Origin: Desulfuromonadales bacterium
Lineage (GTDB): Bacteria > Desulfobacterota > Desulfuromonadia > Desulfuromonadales > BM103
Length of the DNA: 29,987 nucleotides
NCBI GenBank assembly: GCA_041611575.1
Contig: JBFIMV010000001.1
Span: 1-29,987 of the forward strand
Direction of reading: 5' to 3'
The position numbers were made by a program, and so were the translations under genes. Of this stretch, positions 1 through 10,880 are shown in pieces; positions within the stretch are counted from its first letter, which is position 1; the number at the start of each line of letters is the position of its first letter. Under the pieces are notes generated by a model. That model saw only the letters and a program-made list of their open reading frames with translations, did no database searches and had not been told where the DNA came from.

Positions 1-567
1 CGGGCGGTCACCGGCAAGCCGATCAAGCTGGTCGGCATGGGCGAAAAGCTCGAAGCGCTCGAGGCTTTTCATCCCGAACGCATGGCCCAGCGGATTCTCG
101 GCATGGGGGATGTCCTCTCGCTGATCGAGAAAGCTGAGGCGGCGTTCGACAAGGACCAGGCCGCGGGGCTGGAAAAGCGCCTCCGCGACGAAGGTTTCAC
201 CCTCGAAACCTTCAAGGAGCAGCTGCAGTCGATCAAGAAGATGGGATCGATGGAGTCGATGCTCTCGCTGATCCCGGGGGCAGGCAAGGCGCTCAAGCAG
301 ATGAAGGGTATGCAGCCGCCTGACGATGAAATGAAGAAGATCGAGGCGATCATCAACTCGATGACCCGCAGGGAACGGCAGGATCACAAGATTATCAACG
401 GGTCGCGCCGGCTGAGGATCGCCAACGGCAGCGGCACCCGGGTGCAGGATGTCAATCAGCTTCTCAAGCGCTTCACCGAGGCGCAGAAGATGATGAAGAA
501 GATGCAGAAAATGGGCCCCAAGGGGCTGCGGTCCCTGATGGGGCGCGGCGGCGGTCTGCCAATGTAA
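1..567 (+). CDS. ffh: Signal recognition particle protein Ffh, 5'-truncated by the window edge
   Basis: Frame 1 is open from base 1 ([41 protein letters not shown]). Met-rich M domain ([21 protein letters not shown]). Stop TAA at 565-567. Confidence 0.97.
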   Translation, partial: RAVTGKPIKLVGMGEKLEALEAFHPERMAQRILGMGDVLSLIEKAEAAFDKDQAAGLEKRLRDEGFTLETFKEQLQSIKKMGSMESMLSLIPGAGKALKQMKGMQPPDDEMKKIEAIINSMTRRERQDHKIINGSRRLRIANGSGTRVQDVNQLLKRFTEAQKMMKKMQKMGPKGLRSLMGRGGGLPM

Positions 568-658
568 GCCGGCCGGAACACATCCGGCTCAAACAGTGAC
601 GTCAACCAGGGTTCTCCCTGACAATCACAGATTCACAAGCTATGGAGGAAAGAAGTCG

Positions 659-919
659 ATGGCAGTAAAAATCAGGCTGGCCCGCGGCGGCGCCAAGAAG
701 AAGCCTTATTATCAGATCGTTGTTGCTGATGAGCGGTGCCCCCGCGATGGCCGTTTCATTGCCAAGCTGGGTCAATATGATCCGAAACAGGACCCCCCGA
801 TGATCAATATCGAAGAAGACCGGACCCTCGAGTGGCTGAACAAGGGTGCTCAGCCGACCGACACGGTCCGTCAGCTGCTGCGCAAGCAGGGTGTTTGGGC
901 CAAATACAAGCAGGCCTGA
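659..919 (+). CDS. rpsP: 30S ribosomal protein S16
   Basis: [34 protein letters not shown] is the S16 signature. SD GGAGG at 644-648 supports ATG 659 over the ORF-track start at 596. Confidence 0.97.
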   Translation: MAVKIRLARGGAKKKPYYQIVVADERCPRDGRFIAKLGQYDPKQDPPMINIEEDRTLEWLNKGAQPTDTVRQLLRKQGVWAKYKQA

Positions 920-978
920 TAACCTGAGCTTTAGCGGCGACCTCGACAGGTTCAGCCTGTCGCGTAAGGATGGACGCC

Positions 979-1212
979 ATGAAAGAGCTCATCGAATTCA
1001 TCGCCAAGGCTCTGGTGGACAACCCGGAGGCAATCGTCGTCAGCCAGGAAGACGACGCTGACGGGACGATTCTCGTCAAGTTGGCTGCCGCTTCCGGGGA
1101 CATGGGGCGAATCATCGGCAAGCAGGGGCGCACGGCCAAGGCCATGCGAACCCTGCTGAACGCCAAAGCGACCCGGGAGAACAGAAGGGCTGTTCTGCAG
1201 ATCCTCGAATGA
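979..1212 (+). CDS. khpA: Single KH-domain RNA-binding protein (KhpA/YlqC family)
   Basis: MKELIEFIAKALVDNPE...DMGRIIGKQGRTAKAMRTLL with a GxxG loop, in the usual position after rpsP. AAGGA at 966-970 favours ATG 979; alternative start 970. Confidence 0.92.
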   Translation: MKELIEFIAKALVDNPEAIVVSQEDDADGTILVKLAAASGDMGRIIGKQGRTAKAMRTLLNAKATRENRRAVLQILE

Positions 1213-1751
1213 TGAACGTTGCAGTACAGGGCTTATTGGAGGTCGGTGTCATAGTCGGCACCCACGGTCTCCGTGGTGACTTGAAGGTCAAACCTCTGCC
1301 GACCGGGGACTTGGCCCTGCCTGGCGCCCGGGAAGTCTCTCTGCGTGACAGCGCAGGGCGCCTCATTTCTTATCGCGTTGTTCGCAGCACCCTCCACAAG
1401 CAGAACTATCTCCTGCGCCTCGAAGGGTTGGACAGCCTTGTTGCGGTCGAGCCGCTGGTCGGGGTCTCGGTTTTCATGGCCCGGGCCCAGCTGCCAAAAC
1501 TCCCTGCCGACCAATTCTACTGGACCGATATCGAAGATTTCGAAGTGGTTGATCAGCGCCTCGGCACGCTCGGCCGCGTGACCGGCATGTTCACCACCGC
1601 GGCACACGATATTCTCGAAGTCGAAGGGCTCCGCGGCGAAATCCTTATACCGGCAATCGAACCTTTCCTCATAGAATGCGACCGTGAAGGCAACCGGTTG
1701 CTTGTCAGTCTGCCGGACGGCCTGGTGCCGGAATCCGGCGACCCCTCCTGA
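1209..1751 (+). CDS. rimM: 16S rRNA processing protein RimM
   Basis: [16 protein letters not shown]-terminal motif and PRC-barrel C-terminus ([11 protein letters not shown]...DILEV...ILIPAI). Start overlaps the khpA stop (ATGA). Confidence 0.95.
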   Translation: MMNVAVQGLLEVGVIVGTHGLRGDLKVKPLPTGDLALPGAREVSLRDSAGRLISYRVVRSTLHKQNYLLRLEGLDSLVAVEPLVGVSVFMARAQLPKLPADQFYWTDIEDFEVVDQRLGTLGRVTGMFTTAAHDILEVEGLRGEILIPAIEPFLIECDREGNRLLVSLPDGLVPESGDPS

Positions 1752-1758
1752 CGATCCC

Positions 1759-2505
1759 ATGCACTTTGACATCCTCACGCTCTTCCCTGCAATGCTCGAA
1801 GGGCCGCTCGCGGCCAGTATTCTTGGCAAGGCCATCGAGAAGGGCCTGATCCGGGTCGATCTCCACAACCTGCGTGACTGGGCGGCCGGCCGGCACCAGG
1901 TGACCGACGACACCCCCTACGGTGGCGGAGATGGTATGGTCATGAAGGTTGAGCCGGTGGCAAGTGCCCTGGAAGAGCTCAGGGAACGGACGCCGGGTGC
2001 CCGAGTCCTGCTCATGTCTCCGCAGGGGAAGACCTTTCGGCAGGCGGATGCGGAACGGCTGAGTCGTGAGTCGGGGTTGATTATTGTCTGCGGTCGTTAC
2101 GAGGGGTACGATGAGCGTATCCGCTCCCTGGTCGACGAAGAGCTGTCGCTCGGAGACTTTGTCCTGACCGGCGGCGAACTGGCCGCCGTGACGATGCTCG
2201 ACGCCATCGCCCGTCTTGTCCCCGGAGTACTCGGTGCCGCCGGCAGTGCGTTGACCGACAGTTTCAGTGACGGCCTGCTCGAATATCCCCAGTACACGCG
2301 ACCGGCTGAATTCGCTGGGATGCGCGTGCCGGAGGTGCTCACCTCGGGGAACCACCAGGCGATCGCCACCTGGCGCCGTCGCGAGCAGCTGCGGCGTACC
2401 CTGGCCCGGCGGCCCGATCTGCTTGCCACCGCCCCTTTGAGTGACGCCGATCGTCTTTTCCTGAAGACGTTGCGCGCTTCGGACGATGGCGACGACACAT
2501 GCTGA
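1759..2505 (+). CDS. trmD: tRNA (guanine37-N1)-methyltransferase TrmD
   Basis: [60 protein letters not shown] motifs. Real start is ATG 1759, not 1684. Confidence 0.97.
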   Translation: MHFDILTLFPAMLEGPLAASILGKAIEKGLIRVDLHNLRDWAAGRHQVTDDTPYGGGDGMVMKVEPVASALEELRERTPGARVLLMSPQGKTFRQADAERLSRESGLIIVCGRYEGYDERIRSLVDEELSLGDFVLTGGELAAVTMLDAIARLVPGVLGAAGSALTDSFSDGLLEYPQYTRPAEFAGMRVPEVLTSGNHQAIATWRRREQLRRTLARRPDLLATAPLSDADRLFLKTLRASDDGDDTC

Positions 2506-3116
2506 TGCAACCGATGGCCATTGCCCTGGTGCATTACCCGGTTCTGGATCGCCAGGGCAACGTCGTGACCTCTGCTGTTACCAATCTAGACATTCATGAT
2601 CTGGCACGGCTCGCTGCCACCTACGGCCTTTCACGTTACTATATCGTTACCCCGGCAGCCGAACAGCAGACCCTGGTCGCCCGGATCGCCGGCCATTGGC
2701 GCGAAGGGGCGGGGGCTGCCTACAATCCGGACCGCCGCCTGGCTCTGAAGCTGTTACAGGTTGTCGACACTCTCGAAGACGCCTTAATTGATTGGTGCCG
2801 TATCGCCGGGCCGGACGGCTGCGCGCTGCTAACAGGCGCAGGTTACCGCGACGGCCTCGATATTCCAGAGGCCAGAAAGATGGCGGACCTGCGGTCTTTG
2901 CTGCTGGTCTTCGGCACCGGCCATGGCCTAGCTCCCGAAATTCATGCCCCGGATAGGCCTTGCCTCAATGCGATACGGGGCGGGCACTTCAATCATCTCT
3001 CGGTGCGAACGGCCGCCGCCATTGTTCTAGATCGTCTGGTAGGAGAGGGAGGGGTTCTGTCTTTGGGTGGTTCGGTAAAGGAGTGTCGTAACAGCTTGCT
3101 AGACACGACAGAATAA
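2505..3116 (+). CDS. SPOUT-class RNA methyltransferase of unknown substrate (TrmD-associated family)
   Basis: IALVHYPV...VTSAVTNLDIHDLARLAATYG and C-terminal LLVFGTGHGL...FNHLSVRTAAAIVLDRL (SPOUT knot). TGATG stop/start overlap with trmD at 2503-2507; alternative start 2499. Confidence 0.85.
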   Translation: MQPMAIALVHYPVLDRQGNVVTSAVTNLDIHDLARLAATYGLSRYYIVTPAAEQQTLVARIAGHWREGAGAAYNPDRRLALKLLQVVDTLEDALIDWCRIAGPDGCALLTGAGYRDGLDIPEARKMADLRSLLLVFGTGHGLAPEIHAPDRPCLNAIRGGHFNHLSVRTAAAIVLDRLVGEGGVLSLGGSVKECRNSLLDTTE

Positions 3117-3158
3117 GCGGCAGATTAAAGACGGAAGCAAAAATATCACATGGGTTGC

Positions 3159-3187
3159 TTGCACAATGAGGTATTATGTGTTAGCTT
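3159..3187 (+). promoter_or_regulatory. Sigma70-type promoter for the small lipoprotein gene
   Basis: TTGCAC (3159-3164), 17-nt spacer, TAGCTT (3182-3187), with an extended -10 TG at 3179-3180. AT-rich context. Confidence 0.55.
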
Positions 3188-3235
3188 TTTGTAACTGACT
3201 GTAACGGTCAACAAATCCATAGATGGAGGCTTCTC

Positions 3236-3379
3236 ATGAATAAGCTATTTGCTTTTCTGGCGGTTGTGTTACTGACCTTTACGCTAACTGCCTGTGCAGC
3301 TACGACCGGGTCGAGCGACATGAAGGTTAAATGTCCTGCTTGCGGTCATGATTTCAGCGTTAAGGCCGGCGGTCCATAA
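3236..3379 (+). CDS. 47-aa small lipoprotein with a CPACGH motif (not in the ORF track)
   Basis: Hand translation: MNKLFAFLAVVLLTFTLTACAATTGSSDMKVKCPACGHDFSVKAGGP*. SD GGAGG at 3225-3229, 6 nt before ATG. Lys, then a hydrophobic core, then lipobox LTA/C20. Flanked by a promoter and a terminator. Confidence 0.82.
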   Translation: MNKLFAFLAVVLLTFTLTACAATTGSSDMKVKCPACGHDFSVKAGGP

Positions 3380-3408
3380 TCAACTCGCTCATTATGACAA
3401 CTAAACAG

Positions 3409-3451
3409 CCCCGACGTATCGACATCTGTCGATGCGTCGGGGTTTGCTTTT
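3409..3451 (+). terminator. Rho-independent terminator of the small lipoprotein gene
   Basis: CCCCGACGTATCGACA (3409-3424) pairs with TGTCGATGCGTCGGGG (3427-3442), one G-U pair, followed by TTTGCTTTT. Confidence 0.8.
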
Positions 3452-3512
3452 CGGGTTTTGTTGAAGTCAATGAGCTTGACCCGTTTTTTTGTGTTCGATG
3501 ACAGTTTTTGCC

Positions 3513-3542
3513 TTGACTCTCCATGAGGTTCTGGAGTAAATA
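3513..3542 (+). promoter_or_regulatory. Possible sigma70 promoter for rplS
   Basis: TTGACT (3513-3518), 18-nt spacer, TAAATA (3537-3542). The -10 is imperfect, but a promoter is expected here because a terminator lies upstream. Confidence 0.35.
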
Positions 3543-3571
3543 TCCTGTTCGCTGACTTCAGGAGGAACGAG

Positions 3572-3919
3572 ATGAATACCGTCAATTACATCGGCATGGA
3601 ACATATGAGGAAAGACGTCCCCCGTTTCAAGGCAGGGGATACGTTGCGCGTGCATGTGAAGATCACCGAAGGTGACAAACAGCGCATCCAGGTTTTCCAG
3701 GGCGTCTGCATCAAGCGGCACAACAACGGCGTCGGTTCGTCTTTTACCGTGCGCAAGGTGTCCAACGGCATGGGCGTCGAGAGGGTCTTCCCGCTGCACG
3801 GTCCGTGCGTCGACAAAGTCGAAGTCATGACCATCGGTCGCATCCGCCGGGCCAAGCTCTACTACCTGCGCAACCTGCAGGGCAAGGCTGCCCGTATTCG
3901 CGAGAAGCGCCAGAACTAA
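3572..3919 (+). CDS. rplS: 50S ribosomal protein L19
   Basis: [29 protein letters not shown]...[17 protein letters not shown]...[17 protein letters not shown] at 3560-3565. Confidence 0.98.
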   Translation: MNTVNYIGMEHMRKDVPRFKAGDTLRVHVKITEGDKQRIQVFQGVCIKRHNNGVGSSFTVRKVSNGMGVERVFPLHGPCVDKVEVMTIGRIRRAKLYYLRNLQGKAARIREKRQN

Positions 3920-3940
3920 GCAGAATATACTTACAATTCG

Positions 3941-3973
3941 AAGCCCCGGCCCTGCGCCGGGGCTTTTTCATTT
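3941..3973 (+). terminator. Rho-independent terminator after rplS
   Basis: AAGCCCCGGC, loop CCTGC, GCCGGGGCTT (perfect 10-bp stem), then TTTCATTT. Confidence 0.85.
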
Positions 3974-4000
3974 CCGCTGGTTGTATCCCGTCGTTATAAT
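3972..4000 (+). promoter_or_regulatory. Sigma70 promoter for rnhB-yraN
   Basis: TTCCGC (3972-3977), 17 nt, consensus TATAAT (3995-4000), 45 nt upstream of the rnhB start. Confidence 0.55.
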
Positions 4001-4045
4001 GAAAACCCGATTGTCCTGAGAATGTCATGCCGTGAGGGCCTGTTG

Positions 4046-4681
4046 ATGCAGCTTTTCCCCGATCAACCGCAATCGACACTGCATTTTGAACGCCAAGCCC
4101 GCAGCCGGGGGTTTCGGGCCGTGGCCGGTGTCGACGAAGCCGGCCGCGGGCCGCTGGCTGGCCCGGTGGTGGCGGCCGCGGTCATTCTTCCCGAAACGTT
4201 CGATTTGCCCGGGCTGACTGATTCCAAGCAGCTCAGTGCTGTGGCACGCGAGCGCCTCTACCCTCTCATTCGAGCCCAGGCGCTGGCCGTGGGCGTCGGT
4301 GTCGGCCGCACGGCAGAGGTCGACCGGGTCAATATCCTTCAGGCAACCCTGCTCAGCATGGTGCGGGCGGTCGACCGACTGTCGATTCCACCCGATTATC
4401 TCCTGGTTGATGGCATCAACCCGGTTCCCCTGCCGCTGCCACAGCAAACCCTCAAGAAAGGCGACAGCCGGTCCCAGTCGATCGCCGCCGCATCAGTCGT
4501 CGCCAAGGTGCTTCGTGACCGCATCATGGTTGCCTATGATCGCATTTATCCCGGCTATGGCCTTGCCGGTCACAAGGGCTACGGCAGCGCTCAGCACCGC
4601 AGGGCGATCGCCGAGCTCGGTCCTTCGCCCTGTCACCGTCGCACCTTTGCGGGCGTCCGGGAATTCAGCGAGGTGCCATGA
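4046..4681 (+). CDS. rnhB: Ribonuclease HII
   Basis: VAGVDEAGRGPLAGPVVAAAV, DSKQL, LLVDG, KGDSRSQSIAAASVVAK, HKGYG, HRRTF. GAGGG at 4034-4038 favours ATG 4046. Confidence 0.96.
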   Translation: MQLFPDQPQSTLHFERQARSRGFRAVAGVDEAGRGPLAGPVVAAAVILPETFDLPGLTDSKQLSAVARERLYPLIRAQALAVGVGVGRTAEVDRVNILQATLLSMVRAVDRLSIPPDYLLVDGINPVPLPLPQQTLKKGDSRSQSIAAASVVAKVLRDRIMVAYDRIYPGYGLAGHKGYGSAQHRRAIAELGPSPCHRRTFAGVREFSEVP

Positions 4682-5040
4682 CCCGGCAGCGACTGACTCT
4701 GGGGCGCAGGGGGGAAGACGCTGCCGCTGACTATCTGAAACGCAAGGGGATGAAAATCCTCGAGCGCAACCTGCGGACTCCGGTCGGCGAGATCGACCTG
4801 GTCGCCCGGCACGGGCGTGACCTGGTCTTCATCGAGGTCAAGACCCGGCGTGGCACGGCCTTCGGTGCGCCCGCCGAGGCCGTCGGGCCGCACAAGCAGC
4901 GGCAGATCCTGCAGACGGCCAAGTGGTACCTGAACAGTAATCGAGGGCGGGGCCTGCAACCGCGTTTCGATGTTGTCGCGGTCATTGTCGACGGAGAGTG
5001 TCTCTCGATCGAGCACATCCCCGCTGCTTTCGAGGGCTGA
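4678..5040 (+). CDS. yraN: YraN/UPF0102 family putative endonuclease
   Basis: LGRRGEDAAADYL...LERNLR...GEIDLVA...LVFIEVKTR...EAV...KQ...RFDVVAV. Start overlaps the rnhB stop (ATGA). Confidence 0.92.
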   Translation: MTRQRLTLGRRGEDAAADYLKRKGMKILERNLRTPVGEIDLVARHGRDLVFIEVKTRRGTAFGAPAEAVGPHKQRQILQTAKWYLNSNRGRGLQPRFDVVAVIVDGECLSIEHIPAAFEG

Positions 5041-5055
5041 AGCTGAGACTCTCGT

Positions 5056-5084
5056 TTGCTTTTTCCTCTCCAGGGCCGTAAAAT
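5056..5084 (+). promoter_or_regulatory. Internal sigma70 promoter for nadE-rsmI-receiver
   Basis: TTGCTT (5056-5061), 17 nt, TAAAAT (5079-5084), within the yraN-nadE gap. Confidence 0.6.
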
Positions 5085-5134
5085 TAACATCCTTCGCCTG
5101 ACTCTCTATTGCCGTGCCGCCGAGGAGGTGCAAC

Positions 5135-7123
5135 GTGTCGACACTATTACGAGACCTTGGAATGATACGGGTCGCGGCGGTCTCCCCGGAATTGAAGGTT
5201 GCAGACGTCGCTTACAACCTGGCGGCGATCGAAGCGGCCACCCTGGAAGCTGTTGACCAGGGCGCACAGTTGATCGTCTTTCCGGAACTCGCCCTGACCG
5301 GTTATTCGTGCGGCGACCTCTTCTACCAGCAGAGCCTGCTCGACCAGGTGCGCGACAGCCTCAGCTCGCTGGCGGCGCTGAGCGGGCAAACGGCGACAAC
5401 CCTGGTCGTCGGCACCCCGGTCCGCCAGTCCGGCAGGCTGTTCAACGCCGCTGCAGTTCTCAGCCACGGCAGGATCTGTGGCGTGGTTCCCAAGACCTAT
5501 CTGCCCAACACCCAGGAATTTTACGAAGAGCGCTGGTTTTCGAGCGCGTCCGACGTGACCGATGACCAGCTGACCTGGCTTGCTGAAGCGCCGCCTTTCG
5601 GTGTCGACCTGCTGTTCGATGTCGAAGGGATGCAGGATTGCCTGTTCGGGGTGGAGATTTGTGAGGACGCCTGGGTTGCCAACCCGCCGAGCGGCAGCAT
5701 GGCCGCTGCCGGGGCCACCTTGCTGCTCAACCTCTCGGCCAGTCCGGAAATCCTCGGCAAGTGCCGTTATCGCCGTGCCCTGGTCGAAGCGCAATCGGCG
5801 CGCTGCCTGGCTGCCTACATCTACGCTTCGGCAGGCCCGGGAGAATCAAGTACCGACCTGGTCTTTTCGGGTCATTCCCTGATCGCCGAATACGGCCAGG
5901 TCCTCGCCGAAACCAAGCGATTTGCTTTCGAAACGCAGATGGCCATTGCCGATGTCGATATCCAGAGGCTGGTCCACGAGCGTCTGCGCAACAACAGCTA
6001 TGCGGCGATCCAGGCGGAGCAGGATTTCCTGCTGGTGCCGGTGCAGGTCGCCGAGCGCTCGGCAACGCGGCTGATGCGTCCGCACGTCAAAACCCCCTTC
6101 GTGCCGCTTGACGTCAGTGAGCGGCAGGCCCGTTGCGAAGAAATCTTTGCCATCCAGACCACCGGTCTCATGAAGCGTCTCATGCACACCGGCAGCCACA
6201 GGGTCGTTCTCGGCATTTCGGGCGGGCTCGATTCGACCCTGGCCCTGCTCGTGACCGTCAAGGCCTTCGACCGGCTGGGTTGGGACCGCGACGGCATCCT
6301 GGCCGTGACCATGCCCGGCTTCGGCACAACCGAGAGAACCCGCGGTAACGCCGGATCTCTCGCCGAAAAACTCGGCGTGACTTTGCGAACGATTGCCATC
6401 GATGCGGCTGTCAATCAGCATTTTACCGACATTGGTCAGGATCCACGCTCACACGATGTGACCTATGAGAACGCCCAGGCCCGCGAGCGCACTCAGATCC
6501 TTATGGATATGGCCAACCAGGTCGGCGGCCTGGTGGTCGGCACCGGAGACCTGTCGGAGCTGGCGCTGGGTTGGGCAACCTACAACGGTGATCACATGTC
6601 GATGTACGGGGTGAACGCGTCGGTGCCCAAGACCCTGGTGCGTTACCTGGTTGCCTGGTGCGCTGAGGCGGAGTTCAGCGGCCGGACGGCCGAAATCCTG
6701 CATGACGTTTGCGCCACTCCGGTCTCCCCCGAGCTGCTCCCGCCCGATACCAACGGTGACATCAGCCAGAAGACCGAGGAACACGTCGGCCCCTATGAAT
6801 TGCACGATTTTTTCCTGTTCCACGTCGTGCGCAATCAGTTTGCGCCTCGCAAGATTCTCGACCTGGCATGCCGGGCCTTCGCCGACGACTACCCTGCCGA
6901 TGTGATCCTGCACTGGCTGAAGGTCTTTTACCGGCGGTTCTTCGCCCAACAATTCAAGCGGTCCTGTCTGCCGGACGGGCCCAAGGTCGGCAGCGTCTCG
7001 CTCTCACCGCGCGGCGACTGGCGCATGCCGAGCGACGCCAGCTCGGCGCTATGGTTGGCCGAGTTGGACAGTATTCCCGTCAAGTCTCCCGGGAAGAAGG
7101 GTGGCGCGCGGCATGGCCGTTGA
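5135..7123 (+). CDS. nadE: Glutamine-dependent NAD+ synthetase (fused glutaminase and synthetase domains)
   Basis: N-terminal C-N hydrolase domain ([23 protein letters not shown]). C-terminal synthetase ([55 protein letters not shown]). SD GAGGAGG at 5122-5128 supports GTG 5135. Confidence 0.95.
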   Translation: MSTLLRDLGMIRVAAVSPELKVADVAYNLAAIEAATLEAVDQGAQLIVFPELALTGYSCGDLFYQQSLLDQVRDSLSSLAALSGQTATTLVVGTPVRQSGRLFNAAAVLSHGRICGVVPKTYLPNTQEFYEERWFSSASDVTDDQLTWLAEAPPFGVDLLFDVEGMQDCLFGVEICEDAWVANPPSGSMAAAGATLLLNLSASPEILGKCRYRRALVEAQSARCLAAYIYASAGPGESSTDLVFSGHSLIAEYGQVLAETKRFAFETQMAIADVDIQRLVHERLRNNSYAAIQAEQDFLLVPVQVAERSATRLMRPHVKTPFVPLDVSERQARCEEIFAIQTTGLMKRLMHTGSHRVVLGISGGLDSTLALLVTVKAFDRLGWDRDGILAVTMPGFGTTERTRGNAGSLAEKLGVTLRTIAIDAAVNQHFTDIGQDPRSHDVTYENAQARERTQILMDMANQVGGLVVGTGDLSELALGWATYNGDHMSMYGVNASVPKTLVRYLVAWCAEAEFSGRTAEILHDVCATPVSPELLPPDTNGDISQKTEEHVGPYELHDFFLFHVVRNQFAPRKILDLACRAFADDYPADVILHWLKVFYRRFFAQQFKRSCLPDGPKVGSVSLSPRGDWRMPSDASSALWLAELDSIPVKSPGKKGGARHGR

Positions 7124-7979
7124 GCAGGGACGGAAGGGGGTGGGGACCCTCTACGTGGTCGCGACGCCGATCGGCAACCTCGAGGACATTACCTACCGGG
7201 CCGTTCGCATTCTCGGTGAGGTCGACCTGGTGGCGGCTGAGGACACGCGCCACAGCCGCAAGCTGTTTGCCCGTTACGGCATCAGCAAGCCCTTGGTCTC
7301 TTACCATGATCACAACGAGCAGCAACGCCTGGGTGGACTGATCGAACGGCTGCTGGACGGTCAGAACGTCGCCTTGATCAGTGACGCGGGTACGCCCTGC
7401 ATCGCCGATCCCGGTTATCGCCTGAGCGCAGCCTGCGCCGATGCTGGCATACCGGTGGTGCCGGTCCCCGGTCCGTCGGCCGTGATCGCGGCGCTGAGCG
7501 CCGCAGGGGTCAGCACCGAGCGATTCGCCTTCGAAGGGTATCTGCCGTCCCGCGCCAAGGCGCGCAGCGATGTGCTGAAATTGCTGCGCGACGAGCAGCG
7601 CACCCTGGTGTTCTATGAAGCTCCTCACCGCCTGGCGGCAACCCTGAGCGACATGTCGGCGATCATGGGGGCCGATAGGCCGTTGGTCGTCGGGCGTGAA
7701 CTCACCAAGTTGCACGAAGAGCTGTTCCGCGGCACGGTTGCCGGTGCCGTGGAGCGCTTCCGGGATGAACCGGCGCGGGGCGAACTGGTATTGATTGTCT
7801 CTCCGGGGCGCCGCGGGCCGATGATCAGCGCGCGCGAGGCTCTGCAGAAACTGCTCGCCGACGGCGATCTCTCGCGACGCGACGCTGTCAAGCTGGTGGC
7901 ACGGGAATATGGCATGTCAAGCAGTGATGTGTACCGCGAAAGCCTCAGGCTGTCGGAGGATGTGAATGGCACAAGCTGA
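7113..7979 (+). CDS. rsmI: 16S rRNA (cytidine1402-2'-O)-methyltransferase RsmI
   Basis: [54 protein letters not shown]. Start overlaps the nadE end. Confidence 0.95.
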   Translation: MAVEQGRKGVGTLYVVATPIGNLEDITYRAVRILGEVDLVAAEDTRHSRKLFARYGISKPLVSYHDHNEQQRLGGLIERLLDGQNVALISDAGTPCIADPGYRLSAACADAGIPVVPVPGPSAVIAALSAAGVSTERFAFEGYLPSRAKARSDVLKLLRDEQRTLVFYEAPHRLAATLSDMSAIMGADRPLVVGRELTKLHEELFRGTVAGAVERFRDEPARGELVLIVSPGRRGPMISAREALQKLLADGDLSRRDAVKLVAREYGMSSSDVYRESLRLSEDVNGTS

Positions 7980-8388
7980 AAAGATACGTCTGTTGCTGAT
8001 CGATGATCACCAGACGATGCACCGGTTGCTCGAGGCGATAGTGCGCATCCGCGGCTATGAACTCCTCTACGCGGAGAACGGCCGCCAGGGGATTGCCATG
8101 GCGCGGCAGGAAAGGCCGGACCTGATCCTGCTTGATGTCATGATGCCCGATATGGACGGATTCAAGGTTTGCCAGTATCTGAAAGGGCACGACGAGACCC
8201 GCGATGTTCCGGTGATGTTTCTCACTGCGCGGGGGGCGGAGAGTGACTTCGAGACTGGACGTAAGGCCGGTGGCGACGGTTTTATGACCAAGCCGTTCCA
8301 GGCGAGCGAAATCCTTGGTCAGATCGATCGCCTGCTTGCCGGGAGGAGCGCGTCTTGCCGTAGCAGCTTCACCGGGGAGCAGGTCTGA
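7966..8388 (+). CDS. Stand-alone response regulator receiver protein (CheY-like)
   Basis: LLLIDD, PDLILLDVMMPDMDG (phospho-Asp), FLTA, FMTKPF. No output domain. Overlaps the rsmI end by 14 nt. Confidence 0.9.
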   Translation: MAQAEKIRLLLIDDHQTMHRLLEAIVRIRGYELLYAENGRQGIAMARQERPDLILLDVMMPDMDGFKVCQYLKGHDETRDVPVMFLTARGAESDFETGRKAGGDGFMTKPFQASEILGQIDRLLAGRSASCRSSFTGEQV

Positions 8389-8426
8389 AGACTACTTGCG
8401 GTGGAGCTCAGGGCAGGAGCGGGCAG

Positions 8427-10790
<2,364 letters not shown>

Positions 10791-10806
10791 CCGACCGTTT
10801 AGCCAA

Positions 10807-10835
10807 TTGTCTTTGCCGCGGCTGTCGGTTATAGT
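10807..10835 (+). promoter_or_regulatory. Sigma70 promoter for the CNNM-family gene (back to back with the ligA promoter)
   Basis: TTGTCT (10807-10812), 17 nt, TATAGT (10830-10835). Confidence 0.6.
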
Positions 10836-10880
10836 CCTGTAAAATCCATACTGTAATGAAGTGAAGAGTGATTTGCGATA

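Noticed and set aside
3332-3349. CPACGH read as a haem-c attachment site
   Set aside because: The spacing is CxxCxH, not CxxCH. There is no basis for calling it a cytochrome.
3452-3490. GTCAA-N5-TTGAC inverted repeat and CGGGT/ACCCG plus T7 upstream of rplS
   Set aside because: The orientation is opposite to an FNR/CRP-type box and the stems are short. It could be a weak backup terminator, but support is insufficient.
3543-3568. TCCTG/CAGGA pairing over the rplS SD as an L19 autoregulatory leader
   Set aside because: Only 3-5 bp alternative stems, which are common by chance next to any GGAGG. It cannot be supported without covariation data.
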